DNA of 64,000 nt from Spongospora subterranea f. sp. subterranea (Eukaryota). The stretch is taken from positions 310,001 through 374,000 of the forward strand of contig JAUGWO010000107.1 in assembly GCA_049724395.1 (NCBI GenBank), read 5' to 3'. Numbering within the stretch: the stretch's first letter is position 1; each line of letters starts with the position of its first letter. Below are positions 36,198 to 47,310 of the stretch, piece after piece. A model generated the notes under the pieces. It had not been told where the DNA came from, did not search any database, and was given only the letters and a program-made list of their open reading frames with translations. The translations under genes and the position numbers were made by a program.

Positions 36198-36744
36198 AAC
36201 CGAACTAAACTACCGACAAAAGTTTGCTCTCCGCAACGATCGTGTAAAGCACACGGCCATTACCGCTTTCGCGAAGACCAACGATCTCCACACGACTATG
36301 CATTGTGTGGACCAGTGATTTAGCAATGTGACGGAAATGTCACGGGGGAGACTATTTAGCTGAAGAGGCTATTTCGGTGTAAACTACGGTACTGTTACAC
36401 GCACTCAAACACAGAAATCCATCTCTGAAACTGTTCGGCAAAATGTCTCCCACAGACAATCCGGTTCGTTGCTCAAACACTTGGGTGGCGATAATGACAA
36501 TATTTTGGTAAATGGGGTTTATCACTTCAGACGTTATCATTCCCTCTCCAGTGTGGTTCAGCATATTGTGTAGGGCATAGCGCTGCCATATCCATCAACA
36601 ACTAATCCACAACAGCGGCATATATAAAGGAAGTAAAACTTTGCCTACCATTGCGGTGTTGGCGACTAAAACTTTCAGGTTCACGTGGACAGACCTCACG
36701 ATTCAATTTTACGATCGCCCTTAAAATCGAGGTACAAACGAATC

Positions 36745-38505
36745 TGTAGCTGGTACGTCTTCCAACATGTTTTTTATAGGTTCCCAAGTCTCGTCGCCGT
36801 CCGCCCAACCACGCCATCGCACCTTGATCTCCCAGACGTCGGCATGTTTCCGTAAGCCCAAGAACTCGGCGACCTCATACCCAGCAGAATCATGAGCGCA
36901 CTGATCATATAATTATTCATCAACATCCAGGCTTGCGTCCGAATAAAATTTCATTCGACTGGCATGCACTTCACGTCTATCAGCGTCACCAGATCCTCGA
37001 CCTCGTAAATCCAATCACTCAGGATGTTCACGAATTCTTGCAGGTCCTCGCCACTTCGTCTGTAACTTCCCTAGACGTCTCTCAATCTCTCTTGAGATCA
37101 GGACATAATCGCCTTTGTCAAAGTTGATCTACAAAATATTTCCTTCCTCAATCTCCGATCCCTTTCAAGTTTCCGTTTCTTATCTGTCGACTTTTTTACG
37201 GCTTTGTGAATCTCGTCCAATGACCTTCGTAATTCATCGGTCATAGATTCGATTTTGTCAGCATCTAGTCGATTCTCCACGACCGTCTGACTTTGATTCG
37301 AATATATAGCATCTAAAGGACTGCTGGCAGGCAATCCTGTAAAAACCGTGATCGGCGCAAACCCTCCAAATCTCTGGTTCGCAGTATGGGCAACAGGTCA
37401 GGCCAGTCTCCAAATTGTAGTCGCAACTCAGATAACAACGCTCGCACCACAAACAGTAAATCTCGGTTGAATTGTTCTACTGTCCCATTCGCCCATGGAA
37501 CGTACGCCGTAGTGAAGTGATGCTTCGTGTTCAGTCTTGTATTCAACTCCTTCATGATCTCGTTTTTGAAATGTACTCCCTGGTCACTGACAGTCTGATG
37601 TACGACCCCGAATCTGCTAAACCAGGATAACAACGCGTTCACCACAACACGATGATCTGCATTCTTTGCTGGAAATAATTCCTGATAGGACGAAAAATCA
37701 TTTTGAACAACTAGAATATAGATATACGGATTCTCGCCCTTCGCCTTCATGTTGTCCATGAAAAGAAAATCGTAATGTAACAGCTTATTAGGTCGGTCTG
37801 CATGTAGTGCTTCCCCAAATGGCCTTGGTATTACAGTTCCTTTGTTCGCTTCACAATGTAAGCACTCCCGTACAAATTTCAGGATATCGTTTCTCATGTT
37901 TTTCCACCAGAACCTTGCTTTCACGGCTTCTAATGTCGCCTCGACTCCTCGATGTCCTGCGCTGCTGCTGTGGGCAATGATCACAATCCTCACTGCCAAC
38001 TCTTCTGATGGAATTCAAATCTTCCCTTCAGCGGTCTTGAAGACATCATCATTACACCGTCTTTCATGGTATCGCTGAAAATATGCTCCTTGTACGCGTT
38101 CTGAATCGCCGTAATTTCGCCCAGATCGGGCCAGACAAACGTAGTCGCATGCAAAGGTCGAACCCTTTGATTGATTGAAACATCTCCAATAGCAGCGGCT
38201 CGGCCTTCCGTCCGCATGTTGTGCCCATCGCGTTAGTAGATCAGCCCATACGTTGTCAGATCCTGAAATATGACGAATGCTATACTTGTAAGCTAAAAGT
38301 TTGGTGCCGCTCGAGCCTGTCGCAAACGTGCCTTCGCCTCTCGCTTGCCCTTTCCGACGGGTCCAAGATATACACTAGGTTTCGATGATCCTGAATATCA
38401 CGAATCCTTTCTCTTTTAACAGAAAATGTCTCAAACGCCCAACCGCCTCGATAATTGGAAATGCCACTTTCTCAATCGTCGACCATTGGAGGGACGCCCC
38501 TTTAA
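36745..38505 (-). mobile_element. Ty3/gypsy RNase H-integrase-chromodomain fragment
   Basis: AHSSSAGHRG...CLHC zinc finger, LHYDFL, SDQGVHF, PWANGTVE, and chromodomain-like EIKVRWRGWADGDETWEP. Confidence 0.92.
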
Positions 38506-38518
38506 GGAAATCTTTTAA

Positions 38519-38913
38519 AGATCAACTTTGACAAAGGCGATTATGTCCTGATCTCAAGAAAGATTGAGAGACGTCTAGGGAAGTTACAGACGAAGTGGCG
38601 AGGACCTGCAAGAATCGTGAACATCCTGAGTGATTGGATTTACGAGGTCGAGGATCTGGTGACGCATGATAGACGTGAAGAGCATGCCAGTCGAATGAAT
38701 GAAGAATTATATGATCAGTGCGCTCATGATTCTGCTGGGTATGTCGCCGAGTTCTTGGGCTTACGGAAACATGCCGACGTCTGGGAGATCAAGGTGCGAT
38801 GGCGTGGTTGGGCGGACGGCGACGAGACTTGGGAACCTATAAAAAACATGTTGGAAGACGTACCAGCTACAGATTCGTTTGTACCTCGATTTTGAGGGCG
38901 ATCGTAGAATTGA
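38519..38913 (+). repeat. Inverted duplicate of 36703-37130 (gypsy integrase tail/chromodomain)
   Basis: Reverse-complement near identity with a ~30-nt deletion; paired ORFs 36602-36817(-) and 38799-39017(+). Confidence 0.92.
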
Positions 38914-39037
38914 TTAAAGGGACTTTGCATTTGAGCTGCTACCGGAAGGTTAACTCGAGTGTAGTTGTCGAGCGATTGAGCCGAAGTCGCTACAGAACGT
39001 TCTACGATCGCCCTTAAGATCGAGGTACAAACGAGTC
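38872..39037. mobile_element. MITE-like element with ~38-bp inverted repeats
   Basis: gattcgtttgtacctcgattttgagggcgatcgtagaa ... ttctacgatcgcccttaagatcgaggtacaaacgagtc around a ~90-bp spacer; no clear TSD. Confidence 0.55.
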
Positions 39038-39584
39038 CACAAAATCCTCTAACACACGAAATGTCGTTGTGTTCAACTAGCTTGTATACCTATACACACA
39101 ATATCGGGAAATTATATTGCAAAAGCCTACAGAAATTTAAACAGGCTCACGACAATCTTGGCCGTTGATGTTCTTCCGATTGCAAGCTTGTCGTGTCGGT
39201 AGATGTTAACGTTTTCCACTTTTAATACTTTAACCCGGGCCGAATTTCCAGGGCTATCCCGTTCCGTCCAATGTTTGCTGACGTAGGAACAGGCGCGAAC
39301 TCGGCCAAGAAAATATATGGCCAGGCACAGGCAATCCAGTGAATTTGGGGGAGGGTGGCGACACCGTTCCTGTCTGAGTTAGTGCTCATCCCGAGTTGAG
39401 ACAGTGGGTCCCGCCATGACTCTGGGGCTGTACAGTCACTGTCTACAGACGGCACTGTGATCAACGAGGGAACGACAGGGACTGGATTCGCATTATCTTT
39501 TACAGCACAGGTTCCCCCTGGTATTTCACAACGATCGTTCACACGATTTTATCATCGCAGTCGTGCGCCGGGATACTGATCACC

Positions 39585-41499
39585 ATGGGCCGGGCGCCGT
39601 TACCGGCGTCAATGACGCAAACCCAACGGATGGCGGCTGGGCGGATGATTGCGGTGCGTCCAGTATCGGATCCAATAGCGATGGTTGGGGTAAAGCAGTT
39701 AGCACGAATCCCTTACACCCGCATTGCGTCTTAATGGGTGCGATATGATCGTTTATGTCTGTGCTGTGCTACTGGAGGTTGATGGCCTGCGTTCCAGGTA
39801 ATCCGGTGACGTTTGGCCGGCATCAGCACTGCGATGTAGAAGTACAGAATCCTGCCGTGTCGTACGTGAATATGGGCCATTGTACTCAATGATGTTGACA
39901 TCAGTTGTAAGGGGGAGCCATTTCCGAATAGTTAGGGAAATCAATCCCAGCACACAATTATCACAAGTTTTCGTGGAAGATTTGAGGTGATATTAATAAG
40001 TACTCGCAACTCTTTCCATTGAGTGAATTCGATATCGAATAGCACCAACGGCACGTTTGTTGATGATGTTAAAGTCGGAAAAGGCAAGCGACTTCTCGTC
40101 AATCATGGATCTGAGATCACCTTAATTCCACCAAATAAAGGAGGTAGTCGCGTCCGCGTTTCATACCATGTCTATTTCCAAAGATGACGAGGAGCAAAGG
40201 CAGAGAAAGCTGCAAGTATGATGTCTCTTTTACATTCTTTTCCATGAATTATTCATGATGTTTCTAGGAAGTTGGGGGACCAGATGCTAAATATGAACAG
40301 CGGGAGCTACTTGGTCAAGGAGCATATGCTGTTGTTTACCGATGCATTCACCGATCATCAGGTTCGACCTTTGTTTCTGTCAGTTGTTCCTGGGTCAAAT
40401 TTTTACGCAGGCATCGATTATGCGCTGAAAATCATCGACAAGAAAAAGTTTAGCCTGACTGGATCAACCAGGGACAATGCTCTTTTGGCGGAGGTCAACA
40501 TTCTGTCGAGGCTCTCCCATCCCCACGTTATTAAACTCGTGGAAGCCTTTGAGACTGAACAGCACCTATACCTTGTTCTAGAGGTAAGATCAACGTGAAT
40601 ACCTGACGTGGCATTGATGGCAAAACCAATAGCTAGTTACGGGGGGTGAGCTCTTCGATGAGATTATAAAGATTGGTCGTTACTCTGAGGACGATGCCCG
40701 CGTTATTTTCTCCCAAATGGTGGTCGCCATATCATATTTACATGACCAGGGCGTTGTACATAGAGATTTGAAACCAGAAAACGTATTGTTGCGATCTCCA
40801 GGCGCTCTCAATATCAAAATTACCGATTTTGGTTTATCTCGGATTGTTGGTGAAGGTACTCTTGCGCAAACTTTATGGTTAGTCCAAAGCTCTATTCCGA
40901 AGTTTGTGCTCATTATCATTTTTTTATAGCGGTACAGCGAACTATCTCGCTCCGGTTGGAGTTCTGTGATCTTAAGTCGATACTATTTTCATTGATTTGG
41001 TATCTCCAGGAAATCTTGACGGCGCAACATCCTATGTCGAATATCCCAGGCCGCGATAGTATAGGCTACGGAAAGGCCGTTGTGAGTTGATTTGTTGTTT
41101 GTCATCATATTGATGGTCTAAACTGGGTCAGGATATGTGGAGTTTAGGCGTTATTCTTTACATAATTTTATCTGGTACCGCCCCGTTTTATGATGGTAGA
41201 GGAGTTCCGGTATTTGACCAAATCAAAGCTGGGGACTACGAATTTCCCAGGGATACTTGGGATAGTGTCTCGCCCCAAGGTTGAGTGATGAATACTTCAA
41301 CAAATCATTAACTAACAGTTTGCACAATTCTGCAGCGATAGACCTGATCAAATCGTTGCTTACTGTTGATTCGAGCAAAAGGTCCACGATTGATCAAGTC
41401 AAGAGACATCCTTGGATGACGGGGTCTATCAAATCTGCTCGACCACTGCTGTTACCCGATTCAATGCAAGAAAGGAAGCGTCAAAGACTCCAACAATGA
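39585..41499 (+). CDS. FHA-domain Ser/Thr kinase (Chk2/Rad53-like, CAMK group); start approximate
   Basis: FHA motifs VTFGRHQHCD, SHFRI, STNGTFV; kinase motifs YALKIIDK, VVHRDLKPENVLL, KITDFGLS, DMWSLGVILY. Confidence 0.85.
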
Positions 41500-41665
41500 G
41501 AGGCGTATCTGTATCTGCATTTGCTTTCCGTTCATCGATATGGACAACTCCTAACTCAACCTATGTATGGTCCCCATCAATTATCCGAACTGGGGGGCAG
41601 TACGATATTATTTGAGTTAATGACATCCCCATTTCATTTTCCAGTTAATAAATGATTACGACAAT

Positions 41666-42607
41666 TTATTTAACGAATATAGATTGAATATCATTCCGCC
41701 ATATTATCCCTACGATAATGATAGCGATGACCGCAACCAGAATGCTGAGAAAACAACATGAACTGCTGCGTTGTCGACCTGTTCGTTCTGCCGCCTTCTC
41801 GACTTCGACTACACCCTTCTTCACATTGGCCGCTGATTTCACCGCATTCATCTCGATCTCCTAAATTGGTAGTATCAGCACACGTCATCGTCACCGATGG
41901 ACAGTGACACGGTTGTACCTACATTGAGGATATCGCCCTGCCTTGTCGCCAGGTGGCGCAAATCCTGGTACATCTCGGCCAGGTCGCTGGCATCTTGATT
42001 GATCTTCACCATGGCGTTCCGGTCAGATTCGACGTCAACCACGACCGCATTGAGATCATCGATGGCATCCATTCTGGGTTTCACATCCATCTCAACATCG
42101 ACATTCAAAACCACAACCTGTTCTTGATAAGGACCACCATTGACGATCAGCGGTGTCGGCGATTCCAAAAATAATTTTCCAAGGCGACTCTCCATATCTC
42201 GGACCAATCGAACCTGAATTGAACTCAACAAAATACGAAAGAGGTTACAGTCGGATGGTGTTATAGGGCACCTGCGCTCTCCAAAGCTGAAGAACTTTCG
42301 TACGATCGGGACCATCGGGGCACGATTTCAGGGAATCGCCCACGACCTGACAAAGATCCGATAATCGCTGAGTATATCGCTGAACTGATTCCACTACGGC
42401 AGTCCCATGTCGAATATTGTCCAATAAGCCCTGTAGGCTGACAAGTAATTTATCGCCATCGTCGCGACCATGGCGCAACAGGCTATCGATCTGGTCCCGG
42501 ATCGGGGCGATGGCCAGGTCGGTACCCGTTGATAGACCCTCGATCATGGGGTGTACGATCGACACGATCAGGGCGACGGCCGTGATCCGATCGAGGGAGG
42601 AGTCCAT
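41666..42607 (-). CDS. Syntaxin-like Qa-SNARE (endosomal/vacuolar type); start approximate
   Basis: SNARE motif INQDASDLAEMYQDLRHLATRQGDIL...ANVKKGVVEVEKA followed by C-terminal TM FLSILVAVIAIIIVGII. Confidence 0.75.
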
Positions 42608-43142
42608 TGGGTCGGAGGAGGAGAAGGGTGTTTTAGGGTCCGCTGATCCGCTTTGATATAATCGATTGATGACGAGGACGGGGCGGGTTCACTCGTAACC
42701 ACCACAATTATGGGGGTAGCACGGATACTGCTCGACAAACTATCGAATCATCAACACATGATCTATCCGAAATGGGCCAGTATGTCATTAAGTGGAGATC
42801 ATTTCCCATTTCCAGTACAGTACGTGAATTGGTCAGTTTTCGGAATAGTTAATGGGGAATAATGGTTTGATTTACAGATTGAACGTATCTGGTTGAAGAA
42901 TATACCATATCAGGGATGGACCGTAATCAATATACAGCGGCCAAGGAAATCAGATCATCGGTATATCACCTAGTCCAATGGAAGTCCGTCATGGCGCAAT
43001 ATATACCGTGGCCGATTACCTGTGTCCTGTACTGGTGTGCCTGATGGGCAGCGGCCATCTTTAGCAAGTCACCACGATCATCATCATCCTTTGCAGGGTG
43101 AACTCAACGGGGCGCGCCTCTCAGAACACTTAACGGTCCACA

Positions 43143-45050
43143 ATGGGGAAGAAATCCAGGTTTGGACAATCGCATTGAATATGGCGCTATTCGTTAACGA
43201 TGATATCACAGGACCAAGGATCGAATGCATATGACCGGTTAGTAGGCAATTGGGGGATCTGGTGTAGCGCCATGATCCCCCTTTTCGCTCCCTGATATCG
43301 TCTGAATTACCCCATTCGTAGCGTCGGAGTGGGCCCGCGATTTCGGCGGTCATAAAGCGGCGGCCAGTCGGGGAGCGATCGCCAGGTGTCTTCCGTTCGA
43401 TCATTGTGCAGTTAGTTTAACACCGTTTACCGATCCGGTCTGCACCAAACAGGGAGACGTATTCGATATTCTGTATAAGAGTTCATGATGGTGATTGGTA
43501 CTGGCCCCCTCTCTGATATCGGTGCCCTGTTCAGGAATATTGTCCAATATATCAAGAAGCATGGGAAGAACCCAATAGATGGGTCACCATTAGCAATCAA
43601 GGACTTAATCCGCCTCAAATTCCATAAGAACTCTGCTGGAGAATATCACTGCCCGCTCAAGTTCAAGCAGTTCACACCCAATTCCCATATTGTCGCCAGT
43701 AACCCATATCCACCATTCACCTGTCGTATCTCACACACATCACTAACGAGGTTGTCGTATCAGTCGCCACATCCGGAAACGTGTTCTCATACGAAGCCGT
43801 TCAGCAGCTGAACCTGCAGATGAAGGTCTGGACCGATCTGGTCACGGGCGAGCCCTTCACCAGATCGGACCTGATCACAATCCAAGACCCGAACACGGCG
43901 CCCAAGATGATCTCCCACTCAGTTCCCACCCTCGACCAGGCGAAACCTCCTGTTGATGACGAAGTCTTCACCGGAAAACGATTACCGAAGCGGAAACCGA
44001 TCGCCGACGAGCCGAAACCGCAATCCAAACTTGCAGACGCCGAACGCCCTGTGAAAAAAGTCGCTCCAACTTATCATTTTACAACGGGGGCGTGTTCATC
44101 GTCGTTCACGTCCTCAGCTGTATCTTTGGTCACTCAAAGCGAACTAGCGCCCATCAACGACGCCGATATTCGGGCCAGGAAATATGAGAAGCTCAGCGGG
44201 ACCGACAAGAAGGCGTTCGTCCGTCTGACGACGTCGCGAGGGCAATTGAACCTGCAATTGGAGTGCGCCCTGGCGCCGTTCGCCTGCCATAACTTCATAC
44301 TGCTGTGCCAAAGGGGTTATTACAATGGCGTCGCGTTCCATCGCCTGATCAAGAACTTTATGGTGCAAGGCGGTGATCCGACCGGAACGGGACGAGGTGG
44401 CGAAAGCGCATGGAAAGTGCCGTTCAGAGACGAGCTCAAGAACGGTCTCAAACACGACGATCGCGGGTAAATCGGACGCTGAACATTTTCAGAACCGCTT
44501 TTGATGTGTTTTTTGTTTTTTTTTTCACAGTGTGTTATCCATGGCGAACTCGGGTCCTGATTCGAATAACTCGCAATTCTTCATAACGATGAGGGCAACT
44601 CCTCATTTGAATGGCAAACATACCGTATTCGGGAGTCTGGTTGGTGGCGATGAAACCTTGGACGCCATCGGTAATATTGTGTTCAATTGGACATGCGGTT
44701 TTCATGTGTGTTGACGATCATGGGTGGTGTTTTCGACAGAGGCGATCGCCGTCGATCGCAACGATCGGCCCGTTGTCGAGGTAAAGATTCTGAGCACTGA
44801 GGTGTTCATGGACCCGTTCGGCGAGCTGATGGACAGCCCAGATGATGAGGCGTCAACCGAGAAGAAGCTCCCGGAACCAAAGGATGAGACGTCATATCTG
44901 GCATATTCGGATCGAATGGTTTCCGCCAAATCTACTACCGGGCAAGCTATTGGAAAATACATCAATACGTCATCGAGATCAGATCCAACTCCAATCGCTT
45001 CTCAGTCTGTAAAAAAACCTGCCGGATATGGAGATTTCTCAAATTTCTAG
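43143..45050 (+). CDS. PPIL2: U-box cyclophilin (peptidyl-prolyl isomerase-like 2, Cyp60)
   Basis: [52 protein letters not shown], cyclophilin [24 protein letters not shown] and [17 protein letters not shown]. Confidence 0.92.
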
Positions 45051-45278
45051 TTTGATACAACTTCCACACCATTATTTAAAAGGAAAAAAATCACTCTCTC
45101 AAATTTGTTCTTTGAAATGATTCGGTCAACAGATATCTGAGCCGATGTCGGTCGAATTACATTGTCCCCTGCCGCTTGCGAATATGTGTTCGTCCTTTGC
45201 CGCTTGTCGTTGCCCGTCGCGATGATCATGTTGAGGATCTGGTGTGTGTGTGTTGTGGTGTGACAGATATGATCGAGT

Positions 45279-46728
45279 GTGGTACTGAGACCACCACCAC
45301 CACCACCTTCTGGACCTTCCCCGAATATCGGATCGAACGGGGACGCCACCCAACGCCTGATTGTGATCCATCCCGGGGTCGTGTCCCAAGAACGGGCACA
45401 CGAACGGCCCCTGCTGTACCTCGTGATCAATCTCGCTCATCTCCCTACTCTGGGGTTGGCCATGTTCAGGGGGTGTCGAAGGCGTCAACATCGCCGGCAT
45501 CCGCAGGGGCAATCGATTGCGGTCGAGAAACCGTCCACCGATCCGAACGTGCCATATCGTGAGCCGTTCCTCCATCAACACGATGATCACGAGGAATCCG
45601 CCATCGAAGGGCTCGCTCATCGATTCGTATTCCCACCCCATGCGGCCAAGAATCCCTTCATTTACAGGTCGGCCCAATCCCATTGCCCCAAACGATTATC
45701 CCGATCGGTTGACGGCGGTTCAGAGGGTTCAAAGCGCCACGCGATTGGACGTTGGCGTTGAACACATTGTTCTATTGCGATAACGAGACGGCCAACGTGT
45801 GGTCATCGCTGTTCGGTGTAATTCCTCTGGCGATACTGGCGCTGAACGTGCTCGTTTGCGACCATCCCACGTTCGACCCGAGTGGTCTGGTCAGTCCTGC
45901 CCTCCCGTCCCCATCACCACCGCTCGTCCCTAACCCACACTGATGCAGTTTATCGCCATGGGGTTCTTCCTGGTCAATATCCTCCTCACATCATCCTATC
46001 ACCTGTTCAATCAGGTTGATCCCCTTCGCCCCCGCGATTCCCCATTCCCACCTGATCGTGCCCGTTTTAGGTCCCTCATCTGTACGCGTTATGGTCTTTG
46101 TTGGATTTCGCCGGGATCAATATGGTCTCGAACGGCGTTCTCTCTGAAAATAATCGGCAATTGAATGTGAATTTAGGCGATTTGCTCTTTATCATTCGCC
46201 ATGTCGTGGTATGGTCATCAGATGTGGCCATCGCAGCCCTGGTATTACGAGTTCGGCACCGTGTTCCTGTTGGCGTCCATCGCCACATCGATATCGGCCG
46301 TATACAGGATACTGACGGATCACGATCCGTTCTGGCTGCAGTCGATCAACATCACCGCCTTCTTCCTGGTCCTGCAGACCTTCATCAACAGCATGCCCTA
46401 TAGCTCCAGGAACATCTGCTTTATCACATTCATCACGATCGGGGCCATTATCCACGTAAATAAAGCCATCATTCGGTCGGAGGAGGTTCGCTCACAATGA
46501 TTGTTTTGATTGAAGGTTGCCAAGATTCCCGAGCGATGGTTTCCAGGGTGTTTCTGCTTCATCGGCCATTCGCACATGATTTGGCATTGCAGCTATACGC
46601 TGGCGTTCTTCTGCTTCTACTCGAGCATTGTTAGGGAACAGGTTGGACCCAATGTTCTTTGGGACGATAACTTCTTCAATCTGATCGAGACGCCGCCTTC
46701 AATCTTTCCAATAAAGCGCATTTTGTAG
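45279..46728 (+). CDS. PAQR / haemolysin-III family membrane protein; start uncertain
   Basis: NPFIY...NETANVWSSLFG, TSSYHLF, LDFAGI, KIPERWFPGCFCFIGHSHMIWH. Confidence 0.85.
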
Positions 46729-46785
46729 ATCAAAACTGACACAATCACCAGCGCGTTTTTATTTCCGATCAATGGGGCGCAACGT

Positions 46786-47230
46786 TCATTCTCTGCTCTC
46801 AGACGCCAACTGGTCGATCTTTGTCGCCATTTCCAGATCCTGAGCAATCCTGAGTCAGCGAGTGTGATGTGCAATACGGATTGGAGAGGATAACATTGGT
46901 CGATAATCCTTGGCAATCGTGGGTCGTCAACGTGATCGATACGCGATTGTAGCAGTTGAACCATTCGGGATGGTGATTCATGGACTCGGCCAATAGCGCC
47001 ACCCTGGTTATGATCGGGGTGGTCAGCTGCCCCGAAGCCCATGGTCGCGCCATTCCTCACCTGGTCATGAACCCCCACGCCCGGCTGAAATCGGGGAACA
47101 CGAACTTCTTGTGAACGGCGTCGCGTTCCTGGACTTTATTCCAGGTTGCGGGGAATGATTGTCGCTGAATATCTGTTAACGGTTTCATGCTGGTCGACAT
47201 CATCCTCAAGGTTCGTGCCGATTTCAACAT
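46786..47230 (-). CDS. PCBD: Pterin-4-alpha-carbinolamine dehydratase
   Basis: [60 protein letters not shown]. Confidence 0.92.
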
Positions 47231-47310
47231 GGCAACGGCCGACTCCGACTCTCTCCGAAGTGAGACCGGAAAGAGCGCGGCGTTTTCAACTCTACACAAA
47301 GGAAATGGGT

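Noticed and set aside
36352..36600. Josephin-like protease fragment (RYALHNMLN)
   Set aside because: Catalytic Cys context and other motifs are missing; resemblance too weak.
42700..43100. Small gene between syntaxin and PPIL2
   Set aside because: An intron-like segment is present, but no clear start or recognisable product.
45047..45683. Long overlapping ORFs antisense to the PAQR gene, and similar ones over 50737-52304
   Set aside because: Shadow ORFs expected from GC-rich coding sequence on the other strand or frame.
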